A program made the position numbers and the translations under genes. Under the pieces are notes generated by a model that saw only the letters and a program-made list of their open reading frames with translations, ran no database searches and was not told where the DNA came from. Shown here piece by piece: positions 48,942 to 60,556 of a stretch of DNA of 64,000 nt; position 1 is the first letter of the stretch, and each line of letters opens with the position of its first letter. The stretch is from Klebsormidium nitens (Eukaryota > Plantae > Klebsormidiophyceae). Where the stretch lies: NCBI GenBank assembly GCA_000708835.1, contig DF237281.1, positions 37,235 to 101,234 of the forward strand, written 5' to 3'.

Positions 48942-51900
48942 ATGCTCTCTGGAGCTAGCCGGCTGGTTGCTCGCTTCTCAAGGATGGCGCCCAAGCTGAA
49001 GAAACTAGGATGGTCCGATCTGATGGTGTCGGAAGCGTGCATTGGCACAATGACCTTTGGTTCACAGTGAGCGACATCACATTTGCAACTTGCCCCTCCT
49101 CCTTAAAAGCATTGCACTTGCTGCATACGGGTTGTAAAGTCTATCCTTGATGGCAATGTGTCAATGTAGAGCCAGCATTTGTTCAGGAGGATCCGCTGCA
49201 ATGCAGGGCAATCTGGGCTGATTGACGCGCAGGTAGGCAGCTATCTCCGTAAGTGAAGTGACTGCTAGCTGCTTTTTGCAGACTTCACTATGTCAATGTT
49301 TTTGCAAACCCCAAGAGTCTGCAAGCTACGCTGGTACTGCAAGGCTGCAACAGAAGAATCAAAGCGCCGACTCATATTGCATTCAAGTACCTCTGGGGGA
49401 TTCTTCAAGCCCTTGTGGTTTATGTACAGGAACACGGAAGTACAAGCGCACGAGATTCTGGATGCTGCTTTTGCTGCGGGCATCAATTTCATCGGTGAAT
49501 GATGTAGCTTTCACCCCCCCTCACCACATCTAGCAGAACTTTTCAGTTTGACCCACAAGAGCGGTTTGCTCTGACTGGGAGAGGTTAAGGGTGATGGCAG
49601 CTAAGGCAGCACGCTGCGACAGAGGGATCTGATGCCTGCCTTAAACTTGAAAAACATTTATAAGGCAACTCGCGCTGAAGCAGGCCCACGGCTGTCACAG
49701 CTGCTCTCTTAAATTGACGACGTTCGCCTCTGTATACGGCTCCTCTAACAGAAAGAGGGCTTTCGATGCTAAAAGAAAGAGAGATAAGGTCACTCTTAAT
49801 CAACCGTAGAAGGCCAGTCTGAGGTTCTGATCACCTAAGCTGGCTGATTCCCTGAGGTCACCCGGTTGCGGGTGGTCAGCTTTTGTTATCATGGTCATAC
49901 CTGACAATCTGATCCATCTATGTGCAGACACCGCTGAGGTGTACCCTACTCCTCCAAACCCCGAGACAGTCGGGCGGACAGAAGAGTATATCGGGACATG
50001 GCTCGAGAAGCAGGACAGGAAGAAGGTGCGTGGCCGATTCTAGCATCGGGCGACTTCACTCTTCTTGTTACCCTCTCAGAAGAGACCAGCAGGTTGATTA
50101 AAGGACCGCGTTGTATCAAAGCTACCAGGTTCTTGTGCTCCGCCACCATGAAAACAGTGGGCGGTTGAGAGGCTATCAAATGGGACCAAAGGTTGAGAGA
50201 GAAGTATGCTCTGCCTGATTGAGGCGTGCTTGTCTAAGACCAGGCAGGCCTTGGCCAGCGCTGTTGAATTGTGTCCACTCTGCCTGGATTTTTTCCTCTG
50301 GTAGCATACGCTCTTCCCCCCTTGAGCATATTCCAGTCCTCCTGCAAGATCCGTTCTTTGTTTCTAAAATTTCCCACAATTGCAAGAGTACTTGGACCCC
50401 GCACGTGTTCTACGCGGTCTTTTGACAATGGCCGCTTCCTCCAATCTGAAGAGATTTGCAGAAGGCACCCCCGAGCCCTTTCTTTGTGTGAGGTCATGGG
50501 TCCGGTCCTTCCCTCGGCTACAGGTGATTCTTGCCACCAAGGTCTGCGGCTACTCCAAGAACAGCCACACGCCGGGCAACCGGAGCAACCCTCCCTCCAA
50601 GGAGAAGATGGACGCACGGGTGGATACTGCAAACATTGAGGCGGCGATCGCGGGCAGCTTGAGGCGGCTTCGGACGGACTACGTGGACCTGTACCAGCTG
50701 CACTGGCCGGACCGCTACGTGCCGCTGTTCGGACAGTGAGTCGGACAGCACTCTCGCTCGGACGCTTTGCTATTGCCTAGACACGTTCCTTGCGTGTCTG
50801 ACGCTTCCGTAGAGTTAGATCCCCTGCTTTTTCTGTGTGGCCTGGATGTTCAGAGCATAGTTGGGAGCATGTAATACACGGCGCAACCTTGGCCAGGTTA
50901 AAAAGCCAGCAGATACAGGAGCAGTCCCACAGAGCTGCAATTGGATCGGTGAAACTCTTTGGCTCTTTGTTGTCAGCTCGATGACGCTGGCGTGTTCGAA
51001 CGGAACCGCCAGACACCAAGATGAGGACAATGTACACTTTCCAATGTTCCGAGTATCCGGGACAAGTTTCTTGAGAGACTTTTGGAAGATTTCTGTAAGC
51101 CCTTCCGGGCCGGGGTGACGTCATCGTGCCCACCGTTGCGCTTCTCCCCTGGGGGCCCCCTGCGGACCTCTCCTGGTTCCCAGCCGCAGAACGTCCCCGT
51201 TGGTTGACCTCCCCCCCGGTTGTAGCCGGCTAGAGTCCCCTGAACCTCGACGGGCTGCTGAGTATCCGGTGCAGATTTCTTGAGAGGTTTTTGGAGAACC
51301 TCTGTAAACCTCTCCGGTCCTGTTGTACGATCTGCCGGCAGGACCGACAAGGTGTCCAAGCCACGCCCACTGAAATACAGCTTGGAAGACCAACTCCAAG
51401 GCAAGGCCCCATATCCAATTTGCAGACACTTTTTGCTTCCTCTGACCCTTGCATTTGTACCGCAGATCCGTTTACGACGTCAAGTTGGAGCGCCCGAGCG
51501 TGCCCTTTGAGGAGACGGTGGGGGCCATGGGAAAGCTCATCAAGGAAGGCAAGGTGGGTCACTGCAGATTCGTTGTCATCAGAACAGTTGCCGCCCTTTC
51601 ACTCGTCGCTGAAACGGGTGACTGAAAGTGTATACCAGTCTGAAAACGGCTTATGCTGGACCTTGTAGCGAATGGGCCGAGCTGCGAAAGGACGAAAGAC
51701 CTTTTAAGCAGGGAGACTCCTTTCTTGTTAACGGAGGAAATCCATTCTTTGTCTCTAGCCCATGGACGTCTCTAGGCTTAGCCTGCTCGTTCCAGCACCG
51801 CGAATATGACGAACGTAGAGGCTCGCAGAGCGCATTCAGAAGCGTGCACTTGAAAACGGCTTCTTGTGACCTCCCCGTCACAAGATCGCTCTCAGCGGCT

Positions 51901-53088
51901 TCATCATTAGTCTCTCGCTCCGCCTCCCCCCCCCTCAGGTACGCTACTGGGGCGTGTGCAACGAGACCCCCTACGGCGTGTGCGAGCTCGTGCGCGCGGC
52001 CGACAAGCTAGGCGTTCCGCGACCCATCACGATCCAGAACCAGTTCAACCTGCTGCACCGGTCGTTTGAGACGAGCCTGGCGGAGTTGGCGGCGCCCAGT
52101 CACTATAACATGGCACTCTTGCCGTGGTCACCGCTCGGGCAGGGGGTCCTGACCGGGAAGTACCTGGGCGGCGCGCGGCCAGAGGGGGCGCGGCTCGCGG
52201 AGAGCAAGATCCCGGTGTATCAAATGTACCTGGAGGATAAGGTTAGCACTTGGACCTCGCTTGAGTCAGCAGAGTTTGCAAGAATATTATGTAAGCCTTG
52301 CTTTTTGCTTGTCGCTTCTTGTATCAAGTCCTTTTCGGAAAGCGGAGCCATAAGCTGCAGAACTTGATTTGTTTCTTCAAGTTGTATCAGATTCATGAGC
52401 TTTCACCGATCTGACTGCCTTGATCGGACGGATCCCGCGAATAGCTTGATGTGTCGTTTCAGCCGGTTGTGTGTTAATGTTGCTGCTTGATCTGCAAGAG
52501 CAGAATGACCCGTCGTGGGGGTTTTCGTCGTTTGGTTGATTAGTAGGGGACTCGGTGTGTTTGCATGGGCCGCCGTCGTCTTCTCGTGTCTATCCCTCTT
52601 CCTTTGTCTCTCCTCATCGGGGAGTTGAAGCAAACTCTGCAAATCTGGGACCTGGGAGTGTTCTTGCAAGAACATTGTGTTCCAAGGGCGTGAAAGCCTG
52701 AATGCAAATACGTAGTGCTACAGCGCAACGCTCTAAGCATTTGTTCCCCTTGTCTTCCCGAGAAGCCCATACTGAGCAACGCTTCCCAGCACTTTAATTC
52801 TGAGAACACCACGCTCCTTACTTTGTGGTCCCACGCGTCATGCTCCAGGTTGGCCAGCTTGTGGCCCAGTACGTGGACTTGGCAAAAGAGCTCGACATCA
52901 CGCCGGCGCAGCTGGCTTTGGCTTGGGTCAACAGCCGATGGTTCGTCGGCTCGACCATCATTGGGGCGACGAAAACGACCCACTTGAAAGAGAACCTGGA
53001 CGCCTTTGAAATTGAGCTTTCGGAGGACGTGTTGAAGAAAATTGACTTCATCCATCTGCAGTGCAAAGATCCGTACACTTTCATCTGA
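48942..53088 (+). CDS. Aldo-keto reductase, Tas-like; exons ~48942-49066, 49430-49494, 49928-50025, 50524-50735, 51466-51553, 51939-52241, 52849-53088
   Basis: Spliced sequence LGWSDLMVSEACIGTMTFGSQNTEVQAHEILDAAFAAGINFIDTAEVYP..VILATKV..SLRRLRTDYVDLYQLHWPDRYVPLFG..GVCNET..IQNQFNLLHR..LLPWSPLGQGVLTGKY..TIIGAT..LKENLDAF. Confidence 0.92.
51051..51316. repeat. Two ~57-bp imperfect direct repeats flanking a ~150-bp GC-rich core, inside an AKR intron
   Basis: GAGTATCCGGGACAAGTTTCTTGAGAGACTTTTGGAAGATTTCTGTAAGCCCTTCCGG (51051) versus GAGTATCCGGTGCAGATTTCTTGAGAGGTTTTTGGAGAACCTCTGTAAACCTCTCCGG (51260). Confidence 0.75.
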
Positions 53089-53274
53089 TACATGGACGCG
53101 GGGACTTGATCGATGAATTGCTATACTTGATTTTACTTTGGGCACTGAATCGAGTCAGGAGCTTACTTGCGCCTTCCGTCAATAATTGTCAATGACCTGC
53201 TCACAACAATAGGACGCCTTTCCTTTTTTTTTAAGAACGAGGTATGGCGAAGTGGAGGCAACTGTCGCTACTTG

Positions 53275-54253
53275 ACCGAAGACCTCACTTACCATCTGAG
53301 CATTGGCTACTTGCATACCGTATATCAGGACTGCTGAAACGGAGCTTTCAAAGTATCTCCCTCTTAATTATTGACGCTACTGCTTTTTATCATGCGGCAT
53401 TGAAGAGTCGTCAGATACGAAGTCCAACTTGACCGCGGTTAGCTTGTCAGACTCCCAGCTTATATCAAGGTTACCACGTTAAGGAAGCCAGTCGGGGAAC
53501 ACGTCTCGAAAGGAATCTCGAAGGTGATCTTTTACTCTGCGACAGACTGCCTTACCAACTTCGAGGGGTATCCTAGACGTGACTCGTGGCTTGTGAATGA
53601 TTAAACCCATTGTGAAAAAGAAGTCTTGCATGGCAGCAGCTGCTGGATAGGAGGTAGGAAAAAAGGAGAACGCTGGCTAGCTGACGCCTCTGATATAATA
53701 GGACTGGAAGTGCCAAACCAGGATTCCTTTCGTTGATACACCCTCCTTGACCACCAGAGATCACCCTCAGACTGAGGGCTTTGACAGGCTCCAGCTTTCT
53801 ACTAAGTTCCTTTCAATCAGCAACGCTCGTGCTTCATCCCCGTTCTCACTTGAGCCGTCAAATCAAACGAAAGAGGGTTCAGACGAATCAAGTATACTTC
53901 TTTAGCAGAGGTGCTCGCAAAAGGTTTTCGGCGCTGGCGGGACTCGAACCCGCATCTCTCAGCCGCCAGCACCAGGCGACGCCCGTCTTCGCGCTCGAGC
54001 GCGACACGTGACGCCGGATTGCGCAGATGATGCGGCACACTGCCCGGCGGAAAACTCCAGCCACGCTGCGGAACCCCCTCTCGAGGCGGGGTGTTCTGGC
54101 GCTCTACCGATTGAGCTACAGCGCCGCCCTTCCAAACAAAATTTCTATCGTCAAGTGTTTATTAAGCTGCCGTTGTCGGGCGGCTCGATTTTGTGGGTTG
54201 AGGCGTTGACCGATGGTAGACCGTCGATTGGTACGAAACGACGGCTCCAAAGC
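53275..54253. repeat. Dispersed ~1 kb duplicate, in reverse complement, of ~37281-38260
   Basis: GACCGAAGACCTCACTTACCATCTGA at 53275 matches the reverse complement of 38235-38260. GAAGTCTTGCATGGCAGCAGCTGC matches 37886-37910. The ncRNA and its upstream motifs are included. Confidence 0.85.
53929..54125 (-). ncRNA. tRNA-framed ncRNA copy 9 (197 nt, subfamily A), dispersed copy
   Basis: GGCGCTG TAGCTCAATCGGTAGAGCG ... GAGAT GCGGGTTCGAGTCCCGC CAGCGCC G, then AAAACCTTTT. TTAATAAA at -39..-32 and CCCACA at -72. Confidence 0.8.
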
Positions 54254-55757
54254 CTGTGGGTTTGGCTACTACATCTGCCTGATCTTTTCCATGCTGGGAC
54301 CTGCGCTGCACTGAGAATACGATCCCCACTATCGACTTAGGAAGCCTGCCGCCATCGTCTATTTAACAGATACACCTGAAGGTTTTCGAATGGCCGCTTA
54401 CTTTCCATGGGCCGGCGCTGGACCATGGGCAGGCAAATTCGTGCGCAGCAATTATTGAATCAACTTTTCCAATGTATGCTATGAGGTGGCAAGCATGCGG
54501 AGTGGCCGACAGAGCTTTCTAGCAATCACGATGCGCCTCAGTGAGTGCAGACAAGCGCGTGCGTCTTGCATGGCATGAGCAGCGCGGATTGGCCGCGCTA
54601 TGAATTCCAATCAGGTATACAACATGAACATTAATTGTACAACAGCCTGCTTCAGCTAAAGTAAGTGACATTCATCGAACTTGGCGGCAACGTTGCATGG
54701 TCGGAAGCTGCATGGCAGCAGCATGACCTTTGAGAGGATTGTGCACATTCTCTTCGATATAGGCGCGCGGCCCCATCAGCCGGGGCGGCCGCGGCCACTG
54801 GCCATGGCACTGCAGGCCTCAATTCAAGTGCATGCATGTGATTGAAGTTCAATCCAATGTATAGGTATAGCGGCCGCACGCCATGAAACTTACCTGCTAA
54901 TTAAGAGATGGTGAAGTCGATCGACTCAATTGGAACTGAGTTGAGCTAGGCTGCTGTGCAGCTAGCGCGCTGCACGTTGTTGGACAGATCGCGGCCACCA
55001 TGCCATACTAGTAAGCTATATAATTGCCAATGCAAAAAGGATGCACATGCATGAGCATGATCTTGCGCGTGTGCGCAATTATTGAGTCATATCGCATATA
55101 CTTCGGCAGCTTGACAGCCATACTAATACTAAGAAAATGACGGCATAAAGTGATGAAGCAGATTCCTGGTCCTTAAGTGCAAAGTCTGAATACAATCACC
55201 GGGGTTGCCATGTCCCCACAGATTGAGCCATAGTCATGCAAGGCGGGCGGCATACAGCATACACGAAAAAGCTTCCGAAAAATCCTCGTGCCCGCAAGGC
55301 CGGGCAGCCGGGGGCCGGCCACGATCGGACGGATCAATTCGGATCAAAACCTTCACACGAACCTCCTAAGTCGGCCTGCACCCTAAAGCTTCGTATGCTG
55401 ATGGTTTTGTCAGCCACAAATCCTTTATTCGACGCAAATAGCTGCACTGATAGCTCGAACCAGTAGCCGAAAACATCTGTGAAGTCTTAAGCTAAAGTGG
55501 AAGATATGTCGAGCTTGCAACAGCCCTCCAGGTTGCTACCTCGGCGTCACTTCTCGATCAATCAAGTTGCACTTACCGAGCTCACAACAACTCCTCAAGC
55601 CGCCGGAAAGACCCTCCTTCATTTCAAGGAAAAGCTTGAGCCTCCAGCGGTACCAGACTACAATTGCTGCAGCGAGGATTTCTAGAGCCAAGAATTTAAG
55701 CTGTTCACCCTTTACTTCCATTACTTACTGTACAGAGCCTTAGTAACATCATTGAAT

Positions 55758-58700
55758 TCAGTCGTCAACCATGCAACACGAGCAAGCTAAGGAGTGCATC
55801 AGCCTGTTCGTTGTCGTGTGCAGACGCAGGTTGCCCTTCGGGCTGGGGGGCTCCGTGCCCCAAGCGGATCCGGCATCTTCGCCCCCCTTCACTATTTTGA
55901 GCGGAATGTTTGTCCGTACTTTCGGGAAAGGCTTGAAGAAGACGACAACGACCGTGATGTCATCGTGCAAGTTTCGCCGCTGCCCAACCCCGAGCCGCTC
56001 GAGCTCCGCATACTTGACGTCAATCCGCTTGGCGACCCGCTCCAACGCCGTTCGGATCAGCCGTTTCGCAATCCCCTGCAGATGCCAGGTTCGGCTTGAG
56101 GGACACAACGGACATAATGGATACTCTCCGAAGAGTCCGGGTCACAATTTTTTCGAAGTTGAACAGGTATGTACCAGCCGTTCAAAAGCAAAGGCCTGCT
56201 TTGCTTCCTGACCTTTCGAACAGTGGACTGCCAATGTAGGTGAAGAGACGAGGACGGAGTCTCCATCAACAAGATTCTCGGGGCAAACTTCTGGTGCAAA
56301 CCGTGTGCCGCGTCTTCGCTTCTTATTCCATCACAAGGCATATGAAGTGCGCTTGTTGAACGAGAATAGCAGGCCTCACTTTTCTATATTCTGACCTCAG
56401 CCGCCTCAAATTGTAAGCACACGACGAAGTGAGGGGCACTGTCTTCACGTGAAGGCGTTTTCCCTGTTTTCTGGGCCGTCTCAACATCACGACCATCACA
56501 AAGCAACTCTGTAGCAATAACGAAAGCACGGGAAGGCGAATCTGCCATGCCCATAAGAGTTGCACAAAACATTAAGAGCAAACTATGACATAAAGGAATC
56601 GCTGCCAAAATCGTTGCTCTCACCTCCTTCGAATGGCGCGCCACCATGTCAACCGCCTCCTGATTGGACAACAGGTCCCACAGCCCGTCCGTCGCGAAGA
56701 TGGCGAATTGGTCTCCCGGCTGAAGCGTACGCACGTGGATCGCGGGCTCTGAGAGGAGATATGGCGTCGTCACCGGCTCTTTCAGTTGGATGGAGGGCGG
56801 GAGGGGGGACTGGTTGAACTCCTGGTGCTTCATGTACACGTCACCGATCGTTCGGCACACCTGAGAGTGGGGGTGAAGTTGATTTCGTCAGCAGCTTGCA
56901 ATGCCAGTGCAGGTGTGATTTGGACAGAGGCAAGGGTTGTGCGCGAATCCGCCGTGATAAGCTTGGCGGGGTAAGTCGGAGGTCCCTTGTGAAGCATGGA
57001 TGTGTCTCCAGAGCTGCAGCCCTGTGTCAATAGCTGAATGAGAATCTGCAACAATCTCGGGGGAAAGGGCAGATATGTGTACTTCCTGGTTGACATATCC
57101 AGATTGTCAAATTGCAATTACGATCAAGATATGGTCAGATAAGTGGAGGCAGGAAGGCACTGCAAGTCAGTCAAAGTGCCAAGAAGCACTGGTACAGTCC
57201 ATCAATGCGCAGCTCAGATAGAGCAGGTAGTTGACTGGCTAGAACAAAGTTCTGAGGGTCCTCCCCTGCTGAGGCCTTTGCCAAGCGACGCTCGAAGCCC
57301 ACTGTCATTAAGACTCCACTCAAGACTGCCCTCAAAATACCACTCTAAACATACTTCCAATCCTTCAAATCTCTCGAGCAGACTCTGCTATGTCGCTAAA
57401 TGTAGCAATCAACAATCCACGGACTGCTTTGAGCTTGAGCCAGATGCCAGAAGTGGCGTTGATACTGAGGCCAGATGCTTTCCGAGTGGAGGTGACCTGC
57501 CAAAGAACAGAACTGGCCAGAGACGGCCAAGTTTCTGAGATTCCTACTGGCCTCTTCAATCCAGCTTTGGCTGCCATATCGAGCCAACACAACTTCAGAA
57601 AGGAAGAGCAACACGTCTCGACTTTCATGATAGCTCAACAATAAGCAGGATATCAGCGCCTCCTGCCATCATTTGCCACGTGCTCATCTCCAGGGCACTT
57701 TCCTGTTCAAGGTCAACGCAGGCCCCAGAAGAAACGACACTAAACAGAAGCAATATCTATCTCAGTCACCTGTATTCGCCCCTTCACTCGGTATGATCCC
57801 CGCGTGTCAATAACGACCTCCTTGTCTTCCGGGAAGCGCTCCTCCATCTTCCGCCGCTCCTCCGCAATGTTTACGTTATGGTCCGTTGACAGCTGCACTG
57901 CGCTGACCGACTCGTCGTCCCCATGCGAGCGTATCAAACCTTTCTTCGAATCTGACTTCTTCACTGCCCCGCTACTCGTCCCCAGCACCGCGCGCGTGTC
58001 CCCCAAGTTCCCAACAATCAGTTGCTCGCCGTCGCCGGCAACTAGACCCGAGAGCGAGCACGTCCCGACGCACGCCAGCCGCGGATGCTCCTCGAAGCTG
58101 CGAGAGACGAGCTCAGTGAAGCTGGCCTCGAGGGCCTCGTACGCGTGCTGCAGCGCGGGCACGCCCAGGCCGCCCTCCTCCGCAGCATGGACTGCATTCA
58201 TATGGGGGCATCTGTGTCAGCAAAGACCGGGGTGCAAAAAGAGTCCTTGAGTGGAAACAGCAGAACCGGCAAGGTGGTCGCTAGTGTTAAGTGGATTCCT
58301 AGGAGATGACTTGGCTTGAATGCACCATCTGATGATACATCAAGTGAAGGTCAAGGAGGGCGTCGGGACGCCAATGTGAGTAAACGCGTCTTGGAAAAGA
58401 GTCTGTACAAAGGGCAATGGACCTTCAGAAATATGGTCGATTACTGCTGCCTTATGCATGGACACTTGCCAGCTTCTCTCGGGTTTTTATCGCTTGAAAG
58501 TAACCCCGCATTCAGAGAGCACATGAACAGCACAGACAGAGATTTTAGAGAAGGAAGCCTTTAGGGTTCATTAACTTTCTACTGGCTCCAGTGCTGGCCC
58601 TCCTCTAGCTCTGCTGCATTGCAGCCAAATGTTTTGAGTTTGGAAGGCCTTTGCCACTTTTACTTGCAAATCCCTGCCTGTTCAGCGACAGCTGCTCATA

Positions 58701-59198
58701 TTCATGTCTCAGCTCTGACTGCAACACAGAATCTGGATCAATCTGACAAGATCGGAAGGGCCGGGACAGTTTGGTTGCAGGTTTTCTCCGCCGCTTGCAG
58801 GGGCAATCTGATTCAATAAAAGACCAGGTGTAACACAATTGAGCGTGCTTTAGCATCGATCTGGGTATGAGCAGCCCCTGGAGAAGGCGGTGTGCGCGGA
58901 GTATTCTAGGACGCAATTGTTAACCCCGATTTCCTGTAGGGCACGTGCCAGGAGCTTCAATTCTCTCACCTTGTAAATGCTTGTACAGATTGTCAGTTGC
59001 AAACCGGCTGGCCTCTGCCCCTCCATGTCCATCATTCACAGTGACAAAGAAACCCTCGGGCCCAATCACTACCTGGCTCGCATCCTCCATGATTGCATTT
59101 GCCTGCACTGCGGCAAATGACACGTCGCAGACAGGTGACTTTATGAGGGCCTGACTCCATATGCCTGGCCCAGCAGCCATAACTTTGCCTGAGGTCAT
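55758..59198 (-). CDS. Protein phosphatase 2C, plant clade D-like; exons ~59198-58970, 58191-57770, 56860-56624, 56075-55758
   Basis: [110 protein letters not shown]. Confidence 0.92.
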
Positions 59199-60556
59199 TC
59201 CCCAGCATCCAAAATTAGCTCTGCCACAATCTGCAATTCTTGAATCGAGATCTTTTCTGCAAAGGAAAAACCAATCTGCGGCGCTAGCCTCCGGGGACGA
59301 CCTTATCCTTGCCTTAAAACTTTTGTTTCTTTCAGCAATTGCTGAAGCTGATTACAGGCTACTCAATTCCAATTACCCAGACAACGTCCAGATGTGTGAT
59401 CGATTTCGTGCCAGCTCAATTGCTTTGTAAGGCGTTATCGTCTGTTGCCAATTGCCGAACGCAGGGTAATGTAGGGTTACAAATGGACTGCAGCAACATA
59501 AAGGTACTACAAAACGTCCCGCTTCCCGCTCTCATGTTCAGACACCCCTGTGTTATGCTCAGTCCGGAGCTGGAATTGTCACCACCTCATGCAAGGAAAT
59601 AATACCTACAACTTACAAGCACGTAGCACGTTGCGCACACAAGGAAAGCCGCAGCAAAAACGAGCAAGGAAGAAGACGCGTGCACTGGCAGATTCTGACA
59701 CTGATCATGATGTCACATTGTCAGTGAAATTCAATTTGCTCGACGTACATGGATGTAAGACCCCTCCCGGAATAGGACCGGATTCCGGGCTATGTCAAAC
59801 TTCACCGGTCACCGGAAGCCGGCTGGCTTGCGTCGGCCGCCCGCTGATCGTGCCAATCTCCGATCCCATCTCCGTTGATCAAGGCCGTAGAACGTACAAG
59901 AAGCTTGACTAAGTTTTACACGTGCATCAGAGGTTACTTATCACAAACCACCCGACCCGCCTACCGTACGCGAGCACCGGCCACCACGAAGGCCAACGCA
60001 CCTTTTTGAACCCGTATCTGCTGCCCCTGAATCTGCGCGCCCGGGGATCGGAGGTTCATGGTCGGTGAGTATGTAGCTCGACATCCTGGCACCTGCGCAA
60101 ATTGCGGCGGAACCTGGAAAAGATGATCGGTGCCGGCACGTGACGTCAGACAGCACGCGAGTACTCGATCATATGCCAAATGGGCCTACCAAATGAAGTT
60201 CGGACTAAAATGAAGGGCCACGATCGCTCCTGAACGATCGGACGGTGCACGTGCGTCAATGATCGTGCCGGATTTGGCCGGTGACGGTAAAATTTGTTGC
60301 ATGTACCGGAGAGGACGCCACGTCAGCACCCCCCCGAGGAGGGCTTCGAGACTGTTCGATCACCGTGCGTCGAACGCTCGGAACTTAGGGCCAAGCGACC
60401 GGGCACCGTAGCCCCTAAGGTCGGGGTAGGCACTTAGGGTGAAGGTGGCAGGCTGAAAAGGCGGCTCGGTAAAGCCGGACCGAGGTAGGAGGAGGTAGGG
60501 GGAGGCGCACGGGGCTTACGGAGGTCCGCCCCCCCTTGGAGTAGAGCAAAAGGGGG

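Noticed and set aside
31696-54125. Calling the nine elements ordinary tRNA genes with long introns
   Set aside because: No copy restores both a 5-bp anticodon stem and a U33/purine-37 loop after canonical splicing, and the would-be anticodons differ and disagree with the acceptor identity.
54380-55130. CATG/TGCA/GCGC palindrome-rich intergenic DNA (also ~7700-8300 and 12000-12500)
   Set aside because: No defined repeat unit, TIR or alignment between the regions could be established by eye.
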